This document shows, in pieces, positions 59,643 to 64,000 of a stretch of 64,000 nucleotides of DNA (position 1 is the stretch's first letter; each line of letters starts with the position of its first letter). The notes under the pieces are model-generated. The model was not told where the DNA came from. It saw nothing but the letters and a program-made list of their open reading frames with translations, and did no database searches. Source of the DNA: Candidatus Micrarchaeota archaeon (GTDB taxonomy: Archaea > Micrarchaeota > Micrarchaeia > Anstonellales > Bilamarchaeaceae). Location of the stretch: the NCBI GenBank assembly GCA_038046765.1, contig JBBSVN010000010.1, forward strand, positions 32,001-96,000, read 5' to 3'. The position numbers and the translations under genes are program-made.

Positions 59643-60501
59643 TGGTAATTCTAAATTCAAAGTTGCATTATTACAAATGAAGATGTCCGACTCTGTATCG
59701 GAAAATTTGAAAAAAGCAGTAAAAATGATCAAAAGCGCTTCGAAAAAAGGAGCGAATATTGTTTGTTTGCCTGAACTATTTAATACGCCTTATTTTCCAA
59801 TTCAGGAGAAAGCAGATGCTCTAAAATATGCAGAATCAATTCCAGGTCCAACTAGCGAAGTACTCTCTATTGCTGCAAAAGAAGCGAACGTAGTTCTTGT
59901 TGCGGGTTCAATTTACGAAAAAGATTCTGCAACTGGAAAACTCTACAATACTTCTATGGTGTTTGATGAAAACGGATTAATGCTAGGCAAATATAGAAAA
60001 ATGCATATACCTCATGATCCTGGTTTTTATGAACAGAATTATTTTGAAAAAGGAGATTTAGGTTACAAAGTTTTTCAAACAAAATACGGCAATGTAGGAA
60101 TTCTTATTTGCTATGATCAGTGGTTTCCAGAAGCAGCTAGAACCTTGGCTTTGATGGGAGCTGATATTATATTCTATCCAACTGCAATCGGTTGGGCGAA
60201 GAATGTTGAACCTGTTGAAGGAAACTGGCAAAAAGCATGGGAAGGAGTTCAAGTTGGTCATGCTATTGCTAATAATTTAATAATCGCTCCAGTTAACCGA
60301 TGCGGTGTTGAAAAAAATACTACTTTTTGGGGAGGAAGTTTTGTTTCAAACGCTTTTGGTGCGATTCTAGCTAAGGGAAAAGACAAGGAAAAAATAATTA
60401 TTACAGAATGCGACTTAGCACACAGCAAGCATGTCAGGGAAGGTTGGAGATTCTTTTATAATCGAAGACCAGAGAGCTATGGGAAATTGGTGGAGAAATA
60501 A
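59635..60501 (+). CDS. aguB: Carbon-nitrogen hydrolase, N-carbamoylputrescine amidase-like
   Basis: LPELF, YRKMHIPHDPGFYE..YF..GD, ICYDQWFPEAAR, YPTAIGW and FWGGSF. Confidence 0.85.
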   Translation: MTNGNSKFKVALLQMKMSDSVSENLKKAVKMIKSASKKGANIVCLPELFNTPYFPIQEKADALKYAESIPGPTSEVLSIAAKEANVVLVAGSIYEKDSATGKLYNTSMVFDENGLMLGKYRKMHIPHDPGFYEQNYFEKGDLGYKVFQTKYGNVGILICYDQWFPEAARTLALMGADIIFYPTAIGWAKNVEPVEGNWQKAWEGVQVGHAIANNLIIAPVNRCGVEKNTTFWGGSFVSNAFGAILAKGKDKEKIIITECDLAHSKHVREGWRFFYNRRPESYGKLVEK

Positions 60502-60575
60502 ACTACATTATTTATCTAAAGTATGTTTTATAATAACTTAATCTTAATAGTTTATCTAATTAAAACGGTGGTAAA

Positions 60576-61427
60576 ATGCCCGACATATCCTCCATTTATA
60601 GTTATGCAATGCTTAAGGAAATTATTGAAAAAAGAACGGATACGAAAGATCTGGACTTTGTAGTTTTTAATAATTACTTTGAATTAATAATTACCGCTCA
60701 TCTCAAATTGCACGCTACTTTCGATAAGCGTGTTCGTGAGGTTCATGACGCGAAAAATTTAGCATCAAAAACCATGTTCTGTGCTAAAATGCTTTTAATT
60801 AGAAATATTGTTTATATCTATTCTGCTTATGAACTTTTTAAAAAAGAATTTAATGATCCTTGTATAGAAATGTTGCGTGTAATTTTAGAGACATCTTTAT
60901 CCAACTACTTATTGATATATGAAGGTAAAATAGACTTTTTTGAAAATCAAGGCAAATTGGCACACGATTTTTTTAAAGATCCTGTAAATATACTAGATGA
61001 GGAAAAAAGAAAAAAATTTCACGAAACTGCAAAAAGTTTAAGTTCTAGTGGTACTACACTTCGCAATTTAGCTGAGAAATTATATTCCAACCCAAAATCA
61101 GACGAATTGAAAAATTATATTAAATTTGTTGAAGCAATTTTAAGTCCTAGTTCTCATGCTAGTTTACTAGGTATCGAATTTAACTACTATCTCCCTAAAG
61201 AAAATAAAAAAATCTTAGCAATTGAAATGACTTATTTGTTAGTATTTAGTTTAATGTCATTTTGGGAGATCTGCTTTGATTATATTGAAAACGATCCAAT
61301 TAATATCGAACTTAAACTAATCTGCAAGTCTGGTTTAAATATATCTGAAAATTCTATTATGCCACTTCCGAATAATCCTGAAATCGAAAAAAAGTTAAGA
61401 ATAACATATGCTTATTTAAACAGTTAA
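60576..61427 (+). CDS. Hypothetical helical protein (DUF5677/HEPN-like, tentative)
   Basis: MLRVILE and LSPSSH pattern. Confidence 0.45.
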   Translation: MPDISSIYSYAMLKEIIEKRTDTKDLDFVVFNNYFELIITAHLKLHATFDKRVREVHDAKNLASKTMFCAKMLLIRNIVYIYSAYELFKKEFNDPCIEMLRVILETSLSNYLLIYEGKIDFFENQGKLAHDFFKDPVNILDEEKRKKFHETAKSLSSSGTTLRNLAEKLYSNPKSDELKNYIKFVEAILSPSSHASLLGIEFNYYLPKENKKILAIEMTYLLVFSLMSFWEICFDYIENDPINIELKLICKSGLNISENSIMPLPNNPEIEKKLRITYAYLNS

Positions 61428-61500
61428 CAATTCATTTTCATCTCAATAAATAAAATATGATTCTCCATTTTTATCAATCAAAACCCTTACTAAAGCAGGG

Positions 61501-62328
61501 TTGGAATTCAATTCCGTTGAAAATTCGCTTAAAAAACTCAGTCTTCTGGAAGATAAATATTTGACAAATACGGCAGTTCTTCTTTTTGCAGAGCAACCTG
61601 AAAAATTTATCAAAAATGCAAAACTTAGATGTGCTGTATTTGCCGGAGCTGATACAACTACTGCTATCGATATGAAAGAGTATGTTGGAGATGTACTTTA
61701 TCTAATCGAAGAGGCACAGAAATACCTTCTTAAGAATATTCATATTGGTATGCGTATAGCGGGCTTAGTTCGGGTTGATGTTCCTGAAATAAACGAGGAG
61801 GCATTGCGTGAAGCCATTATCAATGCATTTTGTCATCGAGACTATTATAATGATGACTCAGTTAATATCGCAGTATTTAGTGATAGAGTTGAAATAAGGA
61901 GTCCGGGGTTACTGTATGGTGGGCTCACAATAGAGCGCATTAGAAATGAAAAAATTTCTGAACGACGGAACGATCTTCTAGCCGATATGCTTCATCGAAT
62001 ACATTATATTGAAAAGTGGGGGCAAGGTATTAGCAAAATGTTATCAAAAGAACCCTCTGTTTCTTTTAAGGAAGTTGGAAGGCAGTTTATTACTGTTTTT
62101 AAACGACAGGAAAAAACCTCTGCTGTGGAGAAAACTAGGGAGAAAACTAGGGAGAAAATATTGGCTCTAATTAAATCTAATCCATCTATTACTACAGATG
62201 AGCTTGCGGATAAACTTAAATTAACTACTAAAGGTATAGAATGGCAGGTGTCCCGGTTAAAGTCAAAAGGAGTTCTAAAAAGAATTGGCCCAGATAAAGG
62301 CGGACATTGGGGAGTTTTAAAAGAATAA
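61501..62328 (+). pseudogene. 5'-truncated RecG-C/HATPase_c_4 + wHTH protein (N-terminal AlbA/Schlafen-like domain absent)
   Basis: ALREAIINAFCHRDY, DRVEIRSPG, IEKWGQGI and a C-terminal wHTH (RIGPDKGGHW). Only a TTG start, with an in-frame stop at 61447. Confidence 0.7.
62127..62158 (+). repeat. 12-bp tandem repeat GGAGAAAACTAG (EKTR) in the linker before the wHTH
   Basis: ggagaaaactag ggagaaaactag ggagaaaa. Confidence 0.85.
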
Positions 62329-62356
62329 GATGATTAACTAGTTTGAGGAATTTCTT

Positions 62357-62907
62357 ATGTCTAAAATTTCATCTAATACAAATCTTGATTTAGAACAAAA
62401 ACTTTGGGCTACTGCAGATAAACTTAGAAACAATATGGATGCTGCTGAATACAAACATGTCGTCTTAGGTCTTATTTTCTTAAAATATATTTCAGATGCT
62501 TTTGAAGAAAAACATAAACTATTATCGACTGATAACGAAGCTGATCCAGAAGATAAGGACGAATATCTTGCAGAAAATATTGGTAGTGGATTCCATAAAA
62601 TGATTAATGGTTGGGATGAGTACTGCCATCTAAAGCCGTTGATTGAAGGCGATTTTGATTATTATAAAATTGTTTTTCCAACTACCACTACCACTAAAAC
62701 TACTATTAAAACTACCACTAAAAAAATAATGAAAAAGTTGTTCTAGATATCCTAACTAATAATTCCTTACTAACTGCAGAGGATATTGCACAGCAGATAG
62801 GTATCGGAAAGGATGGAGTAAGATATCATCTAAAAAATCTAAAGAAGAAAGGATTGCTTAGGCGTGTTGGGAGTAGTAAAAAAGGCAGTTGGGAGGTTGT
62901 GAAATAA
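62357..62907 (+). pseudogene. hsdM: Chimeric pseudogene: HsdM N-terminus fused to a RecG-C/wHTH C-terminus, with a frameshift at A7
   Basis: [34 protein letters not shown]...EYLAENI, then GSGFHKM. After the A-run at 62720-62726 a shifted frame reads [59 protein letters not shown]. Confidence 0.8.
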
Positions 62908-63099
62908 TTAGTTAGTTAAGTAATCCTAATTTTGACCAGACTCACTTTAAAAAGTCAGATTTTTATACTTTAAGTGCGTATGCTCCACATTCTTATTTAA
63001 GGCAGTAAAAAATAAGAAAAGAAAATTAGATTAATTGTTCCTCAAGGCTACTAATCTAATGTAATATTTTTAAATGTTCCTAACTGCGAGGTGGATAAA

Positions 63100-63243
63100 A
63101 TGGAATTTGAATTTGCCATATTAGCTGGTAAACCTGCAATTTTTGCAATAATTGGCTTGTTTATTACTTTTAAGATAACTGGAAGATCGACAGTTGCAAT
63201 CGTAGCTGGGATACTCTTTGGATTAGCTTCATTTGCTTTCTAA
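63100..63243 (+). CDS. 47-aa two-TM small membrane protein (missed by the ORF track)
   Basis: GAGGTG RBS. MEFEFAILAGKPAIFAIIGLFITFKITGRSTVAIVAGILFGLASFAF. Confidence 0.65.
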   Translation: MEFEFAILAGKPAIFAIIGLFITFKITGRSTVAIVAGILFGLASFAF

Positions 63244-63284
63244 AGAATACAAATAAAATTATTCTTTCTTTTTTTCTTTTTTAA

Positions 63285-64000
63285 TTATTTCACCAATTCC
63301 CCACTAAATGCTTTTTGCATAAGCGAATTAAACAGTTCTTCAGAATATTTCTGGTTTTGAAGTTGTTTTTGTTTTATTAATTCTACTCTCTCAACGATTT
63401 TAGAAAATTTTTGTTGAAGATCCAGAGTTGGTACTGGAATTTCTAATTTTTTTATTATTTGTTGGCTAAGATTTGGTTGAGCAGCACCTACGCATTGAGA
63501 TATGAGTCTATTCGCAAGTCTTTCTAAACAATGATGAATATACTCGTAATGTACTAGTTTTGTATCGCATGTTAGTCCTGCAATTGCTTGGTTGGTAGTA
63601 GCCTTTATTTTTAATACAGCGATTTTACCGGCAGTTGCGCCGTACATAGCAACTAAAATTGTATTTGGTTCAAAGTATTTTGCACTACTATTCTGTAATC
63701 CAGTTTCTGTAATTTTCTCTTCTGTATCAAAAACATATTTATTATTTACTTCACCAGATTTTACCCATGAAATTGTGCCACCTTCGTAATACTCTGGTCT
63801 TGAACGGTTTGGAGTTCCACCACTTGTTATTTCACAAATAGTTCCAAGACCTATTTTTTTCCAACTTCTAGGATTAGTTTCAGGATCACCAAACATTTCA
63901 ATAAAAACACTCTGCAAAACCTGATTTGTAAGGGCTTCGATTTGCTGACGTTTTTGTTTTATGGATTCGGCTTTCTCTAGGATTGTGACGATTTTGTGCT
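63285..64000 (-). CDS. hsdS: Type I R-M specificity subunit HsdS, 3' part (starts beyond the window)
   Basis: FIEMFGDP..NP..W, SGGTP, AMYGATAGK, NQA, GAAQPNLS, P.L.LQQKF and LFNSLMQKAFSGEL. Confidence 0.92.
   Translation of the reverse strand, partial: HKIVTILEKAESIKQKRQQIEALTNQVLQSVFIEMFGDPETNPRSWKKIGLGTICEITSGGTPNRSRPEYYEGGTISWVKSGEVNNKYVFDTEEKITETGLQNSSAKYFEPNTILVAMYGATAGKIAVLKIKATTNQAIAGLTCDTKLVHYEYIHHCLERLANRLISQCVGAAQPNLSQQIIKKLEIPVPTLDLQQKFSKIVERVELIKQKQLQNQKYSEELFNSLMQKAFSGELVK

Noticed and set aside
2444..63789. Numerous short antisense or nested ORFs in the track (for example 3680-4075, 29803-30285, 41320-41730, 50009-50443)
   Set aside because: They are shadow ORFs of longer genes with recognisable motifs and have no independent support.

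Overview
AT-rich archaeal chromosomal window. Markers are NMD3, Elp3, a DGGGP-synthase-like UbiA, an EndA-like subunit, HerA, DUF2070, GGTGA-type ribosome-binding sites and TATA promoters. A DPANN lineage, probably Micrarchaeota-like, is my inference and is not proven. The most striking region is 0.27-23.8 kb. It holds six tandem, divergent polytopic membrane paralogs sharing three motifs that I recall from the CedA/VirB6 channel family, a 1444-aa Cys-rich lipoprotein with a degenerate glycoside-hydrolase-like barrel, and a 1577-aa membrane-anchored protein. Together these may form an undescribed contact or transfer apparatus. Several orphan proteins elsewhere carry bacterial-style export signals: lipoboxes, an OMP-like beta-signal and a basic C-terminal tail. 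The rest of the window is housekeeping genes mixed with three TA modules, secreted proteases, an AAA ATPase gene bracketed by 77-bp palindromic direct repeats, a duplicated promoter, a heptamer-repeat hairpin element and a decayed type I R-M region with a chimeric pseudogene. I found no rRNA, tRNA, CRISPR array or transposase. All family calls come from motif reading only; no database searches were run.
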